Origin: a virus
IMG/VR virus record: IMGVR_UViG_3300018868_001080
Length of the DNA stretch: 64,000 nucleotides
Reading direction: 5' to 3' (one strand)
Shown: positions 28,884 to 38,659 of the stretch, in pieces
How positions within the stretch are numbered: position 1 is the stretch's first letter
Layout of the letters: every line of letters begins with the position of its first letter
Position numbers and translations under genes: made by a program
The notes under the pieces: generated by a model
Database searches by the model: none
What the model saw: only the letters and a program-made list of their open reading frames with translations
Told to the model about the DNA's origin: nothing

Positions 28884-30779
28884 ATGGCGGATAATATTGA
28901 CGTAGCTCAAGTGGTAGGAGATCTAGTCACTGCACTAGACAAAATGAATATCAAGCTTGATAAAATGCAAGCTGATTCAGTTTATATAGACGAATTTAAG
29001 AAGAGCAAGAATGCAAAGTTTAAGACGTTTGCCGATTTAATTAAGAAAGAATTCAAAGACTATCTAAAGAACATGTTGGTTCCTGCTGGAGGCATTGCGA
29101 CTTCCAAGACAGGCAAGCAAGAAGGGCAAGCTTCAGATTTAGCTGAATCAGGTGCAGAGAAGATAGGCGGTCCCATTTCAAAAGTAAGAGTTGAAGAAAT
29201 AAATCCTGCAGTTTTTAAAATGCTTCGCGATCTTCTCAGAGACACATTCAAGCAAAAAGAAGAAAAAGAAGAAATAAAAAAGAAAGGTGGCATGGTCTGG
29301 ATTTTTGGTTTGCTAGCTCTGCTCAGTGGTGTCATAGTAGGTGTCATTGAGTGGATTCGTGAGCGCTTTAAAATGATCAAATCAATGCTCAGAGGACTCA
29401 AAATATTTGAATGGATAGCGGATGGTTTTAGATTTCTGAGGTCCAGAATATTTGCAGCTGCAGAGTTCATTTACAAACAGCTCAAAGAAACCAGGTTGTT
29501 CAAATCACTGGAACGAATTTGGGAAGGCATCATTGCATCCATCCGTGAGTCTAGTTTTGTTAAAAAGCTTAGAACCTTTTTCAGTGAAGAGTCGTTTGTT
29601 GGCAGACTGTTTAAAAACATGGGTGCTTTCTTCAAGGGTGAAGGACGCGCAGGTGGTGTCGTGCGATCCATTGGCAGAGTATTTGAAATTATGAAGAATG
29701 CTTTGCGTGGTGTGGGTGGTGTGATAAAGAGTCTCATAGGTGCAATCAAGGGTGCAGGTGCATTTGTCATGAATCTCATCAAGCGCTCTCCAATGTTTGC
29801 CATAGGCAAGACCATAGGCAGATTGCTTGGTCCATTGTTCATTGTGTTTGAACTTATTACCAACACAATTGACAGCATCAAGCAACAAGGGTTCACTTTC
29901 AAAGCAGTACTTGATGGTGTGTTGGGTGGATTGCTCAGTTTCTTTACACTGGGAATACTAAACTTTGAGAACATTAAAAAGTTAACTGATCAAATATCTG
30001 CGGCTTTTCAGGAAGGCAATTTTGTGGAAGGCATATTGCGAATACTTTTAGGAATTCCTGATTTGATATTTCAGGGCATAGGCAAAATAGCCACATGGAT
30101 ATCTGGTTTTTTTGGTGATGATATAAAGAAGAAAGTAGAAAATTTTTTTAACGTTTCTTTTACCGACAAGGTGCTGCTAGTTATTAAAGATGTGATGAAT
30201 GTTCTGCTATGGCCTATTAACAAGACATTAGAAATTTTAAAGAATGTGTTCAACATAGATGTAGTAAAGTGGTTGAGAGAACATGTGCCTGCACCATTGC
30301 TAGGTATCTTTGATAAAATAGTAAAGGGCGCAACTGATACAAAAGAAAGACCGGCACAGCCCATGGATCAAACAAAATTAGATCAAGCTAAAATTGCAAA
30401 AGAAGAGCAAAAAGCTGGTAGCATGTTTGATTGGTTTAACAAAAAAGATGAAGATCAACCTGTGGGTATTGAAAAAGTTGAAGACAATGATTACGCTGAA
30501 GATGATGAGTATACAAAAGCTTCTGATCTGCCTCTTGTAACAACAGGCAGAGCTCCAGAATTAACAGCAAACAAATTAACACAAGAAAATATTTTTGACA
30601 GTGATAAAATTATTGCAGTATTGCAAAAACAGCTGGAAATAATGACACAAACTAAGAATTATCTGGAAACTCTCAAATCTACTAATAATGTTGCAACCAG
30701 TGTGAACAATCAAAGTGTTGTTAATATGAGCGGCAATTCTGGTGTATCATCTTGGCGCCAAGGTGTTATTGCAAGATAA
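28884..30779 (+). CDS. Tape measure protein (gp29-like)
   Basis: 631 aa amphipathic-helical with hydrophobic segments and N/S/V-rich C-terminus; follows hub genes. Confidence 0.65.
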   Translation: MADNIDVAQVVGDLVTALDKMNIKLDKMQADSVYIDEFKKSKNAKFKTFADLIKKEFKDYLKNMLVPAGGIATSKTGKQEGQASDLAESGAEKIGGPISKVRVEEINPAVFKMLRDLLRDTFKQKEEKEEIKKKGGMVWIFGLLALLSGVIVGVIEWIRERFKMIKSMLRGLKIFEWIADGFRFLRSRIFAAAEFIYKQLKETRLFKSLERIWEGIIASIRESSFVKKLRTFFSEESFVGRLFKNMGAFFKGEGRAGGVVRSIGRVFEIMKNALRGVGGVIKSLIGAIKGAGAFVMNLIKRSPMFAIGKTIGRLLGPLFIVFELITNTIDSIKQQGFTFKAVLDGVLGGLLSFFTLGILNFENIKKLTDQISAAFQEGNFVEGILRILLGIPDLIFQGIGKIATWISGFFGDDIKKKVENFFNVSFTDKVLLVIKDVMNVLLWPINKTLEILKNVFNIDVVKWLREHVPAPLLGIFDKIVKGATDTKERPAQPMDQTKLDQAKIAKEEQKAGSMFDWFNKKDEDQPVGIEKVEDNDYAEDDEYTKASDLPLVTTGRAPELTANKLTQENIFDSDKIIAVLQKQLEIMTQTKNYLETLKSTNNVATSVNNQSVVNMSGNSGVSSWRQGVIAR

Positions 30780-30799
30780 TTGCTTGATTAAATAATAAT

Positions 30800-32095
30800 A
30801 TGGCTTCTTCTTATCTATGGCAGTTTTCGCAGGATCTCTCGAAAACAAAAATATACAAAAGCACGCCACCCACTCTCATCCCTGCCAATACTAGAGCTGT
30901 TAATTCTGAAAGCCCCAATTATCTTAAATCTTCTTTTGCAACCCCATATAATGTGGATGTGGTAAACTCCTTCTATTGGACTATACAGAATCCAAAGACA
31001 CGGGCAGGCCAGCTGTACAGAAATGAAGTACCCAGAATAGAACTAATAGAAAAAAGAATTAAAATCAATGCAATTGTAAATCAAGCATTCTATGCAATTG
31101 CAACTGGTGTGTCAAAGACTGGTGATGTATCCAATGAAGTTGGACAATTTTTTAGTGATCAAGCAACAAAAATAAATGGCACCGGTGGCAGTTTGTTGGG
31201 TGGATTAGGCTCCAACATTACAAATGCAGTAGATTTTTTAAAAGACGGAGTCAGCAAATTAACTTCAAAAGTTGGGCTTACTAAAGATTTTAACGGAGTA
31301 TTGGCGCCATATGAGGGGTTATATTTAACTGAAGACACTGGGTGGAAATACAACATACCGTATTTTGAGAACTTAAGCAATGAAGTGAGCAATGTATTCG
31401 GTGATTTGGATGGTAGTGCTTTTGCTGAACTGGCTCAAGGCATAGGCGCTTTTGTGAAAGCAGGTACCGATTTTATTAACATCAAAGAGCCTGGCACATA
31501 CATTGAAAGAACAAAAATGTTTCAGTTTGCTGATGGAGGCGATGACATTACTTTCGAGTTCCCACTGATTAATACAGGCAATGCTACTTTTATTGATGTG
31601 GTAAGAAATTGGCAGTTAATATTTCTACTCATATATCAGAACAGACCTCAAAGAATTTCAAGAGACATTATTGAACCATGTGTATTATATGAAGCGTTAA
31701 TACCAGGCATCAAGTACACACCCTTTGCCTATATCAAAAGATTGAATGTGGAATTTGTGGGTGCCAGGAGAACCATGTCCTTGCCCATACCTCAAATTGG
31801 ATCTGGTGGACAAGTGCTAACAAATTCAGAAAGCTTTGAAACCATTATTCCAGATGCATACAAAGTTTCAATTACACTCACAAGCCTAGTTGCTGAAACA
31901 AGGAATTTTCTTTACTCCATGCTATATGAAAAGAAGAATCTGGTGTCTGCTTCCACTCGCAGTGGAGACATTGGCAGCATCTTAAATACTATAGGCACAG
32001 CAAACAACGGTCTGTTGGCTAACAGTAATCTCAACCCTACTAATGCCTTGAACGAAATACTACCAAACCTAGGAGTTAGCAACTTACCCACATGA
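30800..32095 (+). CDS. Baseplate tail-tube cap (gp48-like)
   Basis: ITFEFPL.N, P...., YI..L.V.F.G, IPDAYKVSITL.SL. Confidence 0.55.
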   Translation: MASSYLWQFSQDLSKTKIYKSTPPTLIPANTRAVNSESPNYLKSSFATPYNVDVVNSFYWTIQNPKTRAGQLYRNEVPRIELIEKRIKINAIVNQAFYAIATGVSKTGDVSNEVGQFFSDQATKINGTGGSLLGGLGSNITNAVDFLKDGVSKLTSKVGLTKDFNGVLAPYEGLYLTEDTGWKYNIPYFENLSNEVSNVFGDLDGSAFAELAQGIGAFVKAGTDFINIKEPGTYIERTKMFQFADGGDDITFEFPLINTGNATFIDVVRNWQLIFLLIYQNRPQRISRDIIEPCVLYEALIPGIKYTPFAYIKRLNVEFVGARRTMSLPIPQIGSGGQVLTNSESFETIIPDAYKVSITLTSLVAETRNFLYSMLYEKKNLVSASTRSGDIGSILNTIGTANNGLLANSNLNPTNALNEILPNLGVSNLPT

Positions 32096-32463
32096 CACCT
32101 GATCAACAAGGACAGTTTCAAAATTCTGTAGATGATCTGCCAAGACTTCTACCTACTAGGTATGAAAATATATTTAAATTGTACAAAACCGAGTACAATC
32201 AATACTATTACAATATCCTCAACACAGTACAATTTCCGGATGATTTGAACCCTTCCGTTTATTATGAAATCACTGTTTCATCAAAAATGCCTTGGACCAT
32301 GATAAGCTTCAATGAGTATGAGACCATGGATTTGTGGTGGTTGATATGCCTAGTGAATAAGATAGATAACCCGCTTAACTTTGCAGCAGTAGGCAACACT
32401 CTAAAAATTATAAGAAAAGAATTTCTTAAATTTGTGTTGGATGAAATCAGGCTAAAGTCGTAA
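32092..32463 (+). CDS. gp53: Baseplate wedge protein (gp53-like, LysM-like)
   Basis: W..IS...Y.T..LWWLI..VN.I.NP. Confidence 0.8.
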   Translation: MTPDQQGQFQNSVDDLPRLLPTRYENIFKLYKTEYNQYYYNILNTVQFPDDLNPSVYYEITVSSKMPWTMISFNEYETMDLWWLICLVNKIDNPLNFAAVGNTLKIIRKEFLKFVLDEIRLKS

Positions 32464-32464
32464 C

Positions 32465-34063
32465 ATGGGAACATTCAACACATCTCTACCATCACCGGAT
32501 ACTGATAATATATATAGGTTTGGTGATAATACTGAATATTATTATGATTTAATACTATACAATGCAAATGAAGAGTTTGTGAGACTGAAAACTCAAGGAG
32601 TAAAAGAATTGATAATAAATGATAATTTTTTAGATTTCTTTCACAAAGGCACTCTCACTTTTCGCAATGATATTGATGCTATAGAAAAAATTACAACAGA
32701 GCCAAGCGGCACATCACAAAACTTCTTTGGTACCAATTTTGCCCCCTCCAAGGGCGGGCAAAACACTTTGCTCCCTTTTGCGTTTAGAGGTGATTGCCGT
32801 GATTATCTCATTGTGGATATATGCCCTCGTCTATATGATAACCAACCTAATTATAACAATGGTGAGCAGGTTAATAAAATATGGAGACTTAAATTTGTTT
32901 TTGCTATCTATGATATTGAAGACATAACTGGACAAACGGCAGATGAGAAATATAAAAAATTGCATTTTTGGGATTACAGTTATCAATTAATGACAGAGAG
33001 AAATATAGATTTTTCTACTGCGCAGTATGTCAAAGCTGCTGATAAAGTTAATTTGGATGATAGCGAACGAGCCATGAAAACAGGCTTAGCTGTGAAGCAA
33101 ATAATTGAAAATACATTCCCTTCTACAGAAGGTTACACTCTTAAATTTGGCGAGTTTGATGAAGGTAGCACCAGTATATTCTATTCTTCACCTATTGCAT
33201 CAAAAGCTTTATTTGACTATCAATACATTGATTCTTTTCATGTGAGCAGTCCCAGCAACAATTATGATTTCTGCGTACTACGCAAAGAGAGATACACAAA
33301 TGAGTGGACTTACAAGTCACTTAAAAATTACTTTGACAATGCGTATGAGAGAAGAGTCACAAACAATCAGGATGGTGGTGGCGCTCTGCATTTAGAGAAA
33401 TTTTTGGTGGGCAATTACAGTGACAGTAACAGCTCCAACTTCACAAACGTCACAAGAACACCAGTTAGTATAAAAAATAACGCTTATTTGCCCGATTATT
33501 CACAAATACAAAAATACAGATTTTTTCCTACTGCAGGCAATGATGTGCAGAATTTCATCACTACAAACCAAGTGCATGCGTATGATTCTATGAACAAAGA
33601 GTTCATCATTGATGTGCAAGAGAATGACTTCACAAGAATATTGGACATATTTGAAACAAATTATGTGCAGGCATTCAAGGGCAATGCCTCTGGACCCTGG
33701 TCCACTTTAACTAAAAACGAATACCGCAGAAATAATACCAATTATAATGCTGATTACAGTGTTGCTCTTTCTCGGGATCAAAGACTATCTGCAGGTAGAA
33801 ATGCAGTGCTTAAAAAAGCATTGTTTTTAAACAATACAATTAATTTTGTAGCACCCGGGCTAACAATGCGACAAGCTGGCAGATTCATTTCAATTGACAG
33901 GGACAGCGCACAACCCAGCAACAAATTTGATGATAAATTTCTTGGCACATATTTTGTTGTGGAAGTTAATCACGTGTTTCGCGGTAATACATATGAAACA
34001 GAGATGACTTGTGTCAAGCCATACATCTTTTCTGATCCCAAGAATGTGGAGGATGTGGTATGA
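32465..34063 (+). CDS. Baseplate hub protein (gp27-like)
   Basis: C-terminal F..PG...R.AG.FI.I...G.YFV..V.H.F. Confidence 0.6.
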   Translation: MGTFNTSLPSPDTDNIYRFGDNTEYYYDLILYNANEEFVRLKTQGVKELIINDNFLDFFHKGTLTFRNDIDAIEKITTEPSGTSQNFFGTNFAPSKGGQNTLLPFAFRGDCRDYLIVDICPRLYDNQPNYNNGEQVNKIWRLKFVFAIYDIEDITGQTADEKYKKLHFWDYSYQLMTERNIDFSTAQYVKAADKVNLDDSERAMKTGLAVKQIIENTFPSTEGYTLKFGEFDEGSTSIFYSSPIASKALFDYQYIDSFHVSSPSNNYDFCVLRKERYTNEWTYKSLKNYFDNAYERRVTNNQDGGGALHLEKFLVGNYSDSNSSNFTNVTRTPVSIKNNAYLPDYSQIQKYRFFPTAGNDVQNFITTNQVHAYDSMNKEFIIDVQENDFTRILDIFETNYVQAFKGNASGPWSTLTKNEYRRNNTNYNADYSVALSRDQRLSAGRNAVLKKALFLNNTINFVAPGLTMRQAGRFISIDRDSAQPSNKFDDKFLGTYFVVEVNHVFRGNTYETEMTCVKPYIFSDPKNVEDVV

Positions 34064-35694
34064 GTATTAAGACCATGGTACCACAGCTTTGCGACATTAA
34101 CCTCGCATCATCCAAATACATACTTGAGAAGTATACTAATTATCTTGATTATCTTGGCAAATTTGTGGATCAAATAGAGACAGCCATCCTTTATAGAAAC
34201 ACTTTCTTTGATAACAACTCAATTGACACCCGGGTAGAATTTTTTAATAATCTACAAGAGAAGTTTAAAACTTTTAGCGAAGATTTTGTTGCATATTGGT
34301 ATGAAATATACAGAAGCAATCCTGAGTTTTTAAAATCTAAAGTTACTAACAGTACTCTGGTGCTGGATAGTGATTGCATCGGTAAATTTACCAACTCAAC
34401 ATATGTTATTGACGACAGTGTGAGTCCAATTTCAGATTGGTCCATGAACAGCGCTCCGCCCCCCTCTTGCATACCTTACAACACATTGCAAAAAATTTCA
34501 CCCTGGACAAAGCAGCTAATTGAAAGAGCTAGCTTCAGAACAACCAACATGTATCGGAGTAACATTGCAATGGTGCAACCAGTAGACACAAGCCCCATGC
34601 GCGCACATGGTACCAACCTGGTTACAGACGAACTATATTACACAAGAACTGTGTCCGAAATCAAACGCATAGCAATAGAAAAGATTACAAAAAAATTCGA
34701 AAAAGAAGTAAAAATCTTGTTACGTTACTGTAACATAAACGATAATGAAGCTCTGAACTATCAAGATGCAAAGCAAAACAAGAGCTTCATTGGACAGTAT
34801 ACGTTTGAAATGGAGATAGAGAGCGCAAGATACCAGGTGGATGTGTTATCAAATAGAATTAAGCAGCTAAAGAGTAGGTTATCTAATGAAGATGTTTTAT
34901 CATCTGAACAAAGCGTAACAGTTAGTATCAATCAAAAGACAACTGCACAATTGGATAGGATTTATAAAGATAACCTGCTCACCCGCTTAGACCAGCTCAT
35001 ACCACGCAACATATACAAAACTATTGCTGTCATGGAACAAACAGAAGTAACACCTGCTTCAGATACATTTAAAGAATTGAATGCTGGTGTGGTACCTGAC
35101 ACAGTAACAAACGCAACTGCAGCACAACAGACATCAAGCCAAGGGAGTGCAATACCAGTAACATTTAATCACTTCTCAGACAATGTGTCTTACCCCACTT
35201 ACCAGTCACCTGCATGGGCCACAGACGTTGCACAATGCTTGGGTGTGGGTGCCACTCTTGAAGCTTTCAATGGATTTGCTGATCCACTCACTGAGTTTGC
35301 AAATGCATCTTCTGCAGATTTTGATCTGTTTAGTTCATTGAGTGAAATTAAACCTTTTGGTATTGATCTAACAAATTTCACCATAGAACCCGACGCCATC
35401 TTGCTGCAGCTGCAAAGCATGCTGAATGCATTTGATGTATCCTCCATATCAACATTGTTTGGCTCTAATTTTGCAATACCATCCTTCACACTGGGTGAGT
35501 TGTTTGATAAAGCTGGTAAAGTAGGCGATCTCAAAGAAATAGCACTTAAACAAGCCACAGATGCTGCATTGAATACTATAAAAGATACAACGTTGAATAT
35601 ACTAGAAAGCTTGGCTTGTGGCACTGCTCAAACTGTTCTGGCAGGTGGTGGTGGCTTCGGTCCGCTCAGAAACCTGGCAGGTGGTATCGTCTGA
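34060..35694 (+). CDS. Hypothetical protein, probably virion-associated
   Basis: 544 aa, ATGA-coupled to the hub gene. Confidence 0.7.
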   Translation: MSIKTMVPQLCDINLASSKYILEKYTNYLDYLGKFVDQIETAILYRNTFFDNNSIDTRVEFFNNLQEKFKTFSEDFVAYWYEIYRSNPEFLKSKVTNSTLVLDSDCIGKFTNSTYVIDDSVSPISDWSMNSAPPPSCIPYNTLQKISPWTKQLIERASFRTTNMYRSNIAMVQPVDTSPMRAHGTNLVTDELYYTRTVSEIKRIAIEKITKKFEKEVKILLRYCNINDNEALNYQDAKQNKSFIGQYTFEMEIESARYQVDVLSNRIKQLKSRLSNEDVLSSEQSVTVSINQKTTAQLDRIYKDNLLTRLDQLIPRNIYKTIAVMEQTEVTPASDTFKELNAGVVPDTVTNATAAQQTSSQGSAIPVTFNHFSDNVSYPTYQSPAWATDVAQCLGVGATLEAFNGFADPLTEFANASSADFDLFSSLSEIKPFGIDLTNFTIEPDAILLQLQSMLNAFDVSSISTLFGSNFAIPSFTLGELFDKAGKVGDLKEIALKQATDAALNTIKDTTLNILESLACGTAQTVLAGGGGFGPLRNLAGGIV

Positions 35695-36123
35695 TGACAC
35701 ATCAATAACATTGGCTTCCTTGACAAGTTTCTTAAACATGTCCTCTCTTGTGCCAACAAGCATATCCTTGGCGTCACCTATGAGATCTCTCTTGAGATCA
35801 TGATCCATTCTCTTCAAATCCTTGAGTGTATCACTCTTTTTATCTTGCACCATTATTTTGTTTAGTGTCTCAATTGCAGCAGATGTTGCATTGAGAAGCT
35901 CTGCATATGCAGACAAATCCTTTGCATCTGGTGCAGCATTCAAATACACATTTAAATTCTTCACCAAATCCAACCCTTCATTTATAACTGTGCTGGCACT
36001 CTCAATGATGTATTGCTCCAAATTATCCTTGGTCGCAGATTTGCGAATCTCCTTCTTAACCTCAGTATTCTTTTCCTTCAAAGCATCTATTATGTTGTCA
36101 ATGTCATCACTATTATCAGGCAT
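35602..36123 (-). CDS. Probable terminase small subunit (gp16-like)
   Basis: Two long helices, P....AYAEL, late-type motif upstream, GTRED..K.L near the C-terminus. Confidence 0.55.
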   Translation of the reverse strand: MPDNSDDIDNIIDALKEKNTEVKKEIRKSATKDNLEQYIIESASTVINEGLDLVKNLNVYLNAAPDAKDLSAYAELLNATSAAIETLNKIMVQDKKSDTLKDLKRMDHDLKRDLIGDAKDMLVGTREDMFKKLVKEANVIDVSSDDTTCQVSERTEATTTCQNSLSSATSQAF

Positions 36124-36171
36124 ATGTAGTTATTTATCTTGATTTCTAGAATTTCATATTAATATTAGTAC

Positions 36172-36606
36172 GTGAAGTTAGCACTTGAATTCATTAAAAC
36201 ACATGAGCATGCAAGATTGCCTTGCAAGAATCATGCAAACGACACTGGGTATGATGTGTACAGCATAGAGAATGTGTGCATACCTGCACGTGGATCCAAC
36301 CTTGTGCCAGTGGGTCTGCAGTTTGCATGCATACCTGCAGGTTATTGGGTGCGTGTGGAATCACGCAGCGGATTAGGTTTCAAGCATGGGATAATGGCAC
36401 ACCCAGGAATTATTGACAATGGTTACCGTGGTGATGCAGGTATCAAGCTTTACAATCTCACAAACAACGATTACACTGTTAATCGCGGTGATAGAATTGC
36501 ACAATTTGTATTGTATCCGTTGGCATCAGATGTGGCAATTGGGTTCACTGAGATTGCTTCAGAGTCTGATCGAGGTGACAAGGGCTTTGGAAGCTCTGGC
36601 AAATGA
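36172..36606 (+). CDS. dut: Trimeric dUTPase
   Basis: GYDV, RSGLG, GIIDNGYRG, GDRIAQ, RGDKGFGSSG. Confidence 0.97.
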   Translation: MKLALEFIKTHEHARLPCKNHANDTGYDVYSIENVCIPARGSNLVPVGLQFACIPAGYWVRVESRSGLGFKHGIMAHPGIIDNGYRGDAGIKLYNLTNNDYTVNRGDRIAQFVLYPLASDVAIGFTEIASESDRGDKGFGSSGK

Positions 36607-37535
36607 ACTTCAATAATCTGTGGGTGGAGAAATATCGACCCAAATCTCTATCTGATATTGTTCTCACAAAAGAAACAAGATCAATCGTTACATCCTTCAA
36701 GGATAAGAAGGAGATACCCAACTTATTACTAATTGGCATACAAGGCATTGGCAAGACGTCTCTGGCAAAGATCATTGTTAATGACATTTTAGGGTGTCAA
36801 TACCTGTACATAAATGCAAGTGATGAGAATGGCATTGATACCATACGGACCAAGGTGGTCAGCTTTTCCAAGACCAAGAGCTTTGATGGCAACATCAAGG
36901 TCATAATATTGGACGAAGTGGATGGTATCAGCCTTGAGGCACAGAAAGCTTTGAGAAACACAATGGAGGAATATTCTGCCAATACTCGCTTCATACTGAC
37001 CGGTAATTATAAGCACAAAATCATACAAGCTCTGCAGAGCCGCTGTCAGGAGCTAAATTTGATACCACCTCTTGAGGGTATGGCCAAGCGAGTACTCACC
37101 ATCTTGAGAGATGAAAATGTACAGCTTGATGAAGCACAGAAGAGGGACTTGGTAACGCTAATCAAGAAGCTATACCCTGATTTTAGAAAAATAATTAATG
37201 AAATTCAAAAATTTAGCAGCTCTGGTAGTCTGTCAATACCGCAGCTGTCCATTAATAATGATGTGGTTGTCAAGATTGTTGACTTCATTAAATTGAAGAA
37301 AAGCAATTTGGGCAGAAAGTATTACATTGAAAATGAAGAAAAGTTTCAAGGTGATTACACAACTCTGTTGCGTGAATTCTTCAATTTTATCAATGACACC
37401 ATGGATTTTAATGACGAGAAAGCAAAAAGAGCATTATTAGTTATTTCTGAACATCTATACAGAAGTAGTTTTGTAGTGGATCAAGAGATTAATTTCTACA
37501 GCTGCATCATAGCGCTGGAAGGATTAATAATTTAG
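36603..37535 (+). CDS. gp44: Clamp loader AAA+ subunit (gp44/RFC-like)
   Basis: WVEKYRP, GIGKTS, INASDENG, ILDEVD, SRC. Confidence 0.95.
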   Translation: MNFNNLWVEKYRPKSLSDIVLTKETRSIVTSFKDKKEIPNLLLIGIQGIGKTSLAKIIVNDILGCQYLYINASDENGIDTIRTKVVSFSKTKSFDGNIKVIILDEVDGISLEAQKALRNTMEEYSANTRFILTGNYKHKIIQALQSRCQELNLIPPLEGMAKRVLTILRDENVQLDEAQKRDLVTLIKKLYPDFRKIINEIQKFSSSGSLSIPQLSINNDVVVKIVDFIKLKKSNLGRKYYIENEEKFQGDYTTLLREFFNFINDTMDFNDEKAKRALLVISEHLYRSSFVVDQEINFYSCIIALEGLII

Positions 37536-38125
37536 CGTTTGGGCAAGTAGCGGTGCACGTAGTTACTGACTGCAGGTGATTTCTCTTTGTCTGCCGGCAT
37601 GCTGGGAATCTTCACATTTTTATTAAGAAGCTTTCTGTCACCTTTGATAAGCTTGCCTGTACCATCATCTGAAGTAACAGTGTGAGCAATCTGTTGATTG
37701 TCCTCTGGCTTCTCTTGCTCTGGCTTAATCTGTGTGTTGTCTTTTCTTTTCAGTGAATCCGGTATGGGTGGCAGGTTAATGCCATTGCCGTACGGTTCCA
37801 AATATTTTGCAGGTACAGTCAAATAAGTGACATATCGGCCAGGTGCTATTTCTTGTGTAATATCCACGTCAAACTCACTGCCCGTGATTTCTGCATTGCC
37901 TGAACCTTGTGCAGTTGGCCGTGTAGGCTTAACGGAACTCACGCGCAACAACAAATCAGACTCTGACCATGCTTTTAGTGTGTCCTTGTACTCTTGTGTT
38001 TGATCCTTGTAAAAATCTGACTTGAAAACATCACTCTTAACATGCACCATGGCACCACCTAGAAAACCACCACGTGTTAATTTCTGCAAGTATGTCTCCA
38101 GTAATGTATCAAATCTCTTCTTCAT
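37532..38125 (-). CDS. Hypothetical protein, candidate head protein
   Basis: MKKRFDTLLETY; TATAAATA 6 nt upstream. Confidence 0.75.
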   Translation of the reverse strand: MKKRFDTLLETYLQKLTRGGFLGGAMVHVKSDVFKSDFYKDQTQEYKDTLKAWSESDLLLRVSSVKPTRPTAQGSGNAEITGSEFDVDITQEIAPGRYVTYLTVPAKYLEPYGNGINLPPIPDSLKRKDNTQIKPEQEKPEDNQQIAHTVTSDDGTGKLIKGDRKLLNKNVKIPSMPADKEKSPAVSNYVHRYLPKR

Positions 38126-38186
38126 TATATATATTTATATCTTCAAAACTAATTTTGTATATATAATTTGATACTAAATAATCTAT

Positions 38187-38657
38187 ATGAGCATTAGAAT
38201 AGAAAGCATCAAAGATGTTACCAACATCAATGATCTTAAGTATCAAGATTTAAAGTTAGATTTTGAGTATAGTTACACACAAAATTCACAATTTCTGAAG
38301 ACCAACGAAATTATTGATCTCAAAGTGGATTATGATCTGAATGCCGTTAAGAACAGCTTAAGAAACATGTTTATAACCAATCGTGGTGAAAAACTACTAA
38401 ATCCATACTTTGGCATTGGGCTAGCTAGCTTTGTATTTGATCAAGCAACACAATCAACTGCCAAGATCATTGGCGATGCCATCCTAACCAACATCAATAC
38501 CTTTGAACCCAGAGTGCAGGTGAACAGGGTAAATGTCATTGCCAATGAAGATGACAACAGCTACACAATCAACATAATCATGAGTGTACCACAATTAAAA
38601 GCTGAATTAGTAAACCTAATAGGCCTATTAAATAACAGAGGATTTACTTTTGTCTAA
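38187..38657 (+). CDS. gp25: Baseplate wedge protein gp25
   Basis: AVKNSL.N.F.T..GEKLLNP.FG, FEPRV. Confidence 0.92.
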   Translation: MSIRIESIKDVTNINDLKYQDLKLDFEYSYTQNSQFLKTNEIIDLKVDYDLNAVKNSLRNMFITNRGEKLLNPYFGIGLASFVFDQATQSTAKIIGDAILTNINTFEPRVQVNRVNVIANEDDNSYTINIIMSVPQLKAELVNLIGLLNNRGFTFV

Positions 38658-38659
38658 TT

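Noticed and set aside
35638-35685. CTGGCAGGTGGT occurring twice (Chi-like)
   Set aside because: Not the GCTGGTGG Chi sequence; explained by LAGG codons in a dual-coding overlap
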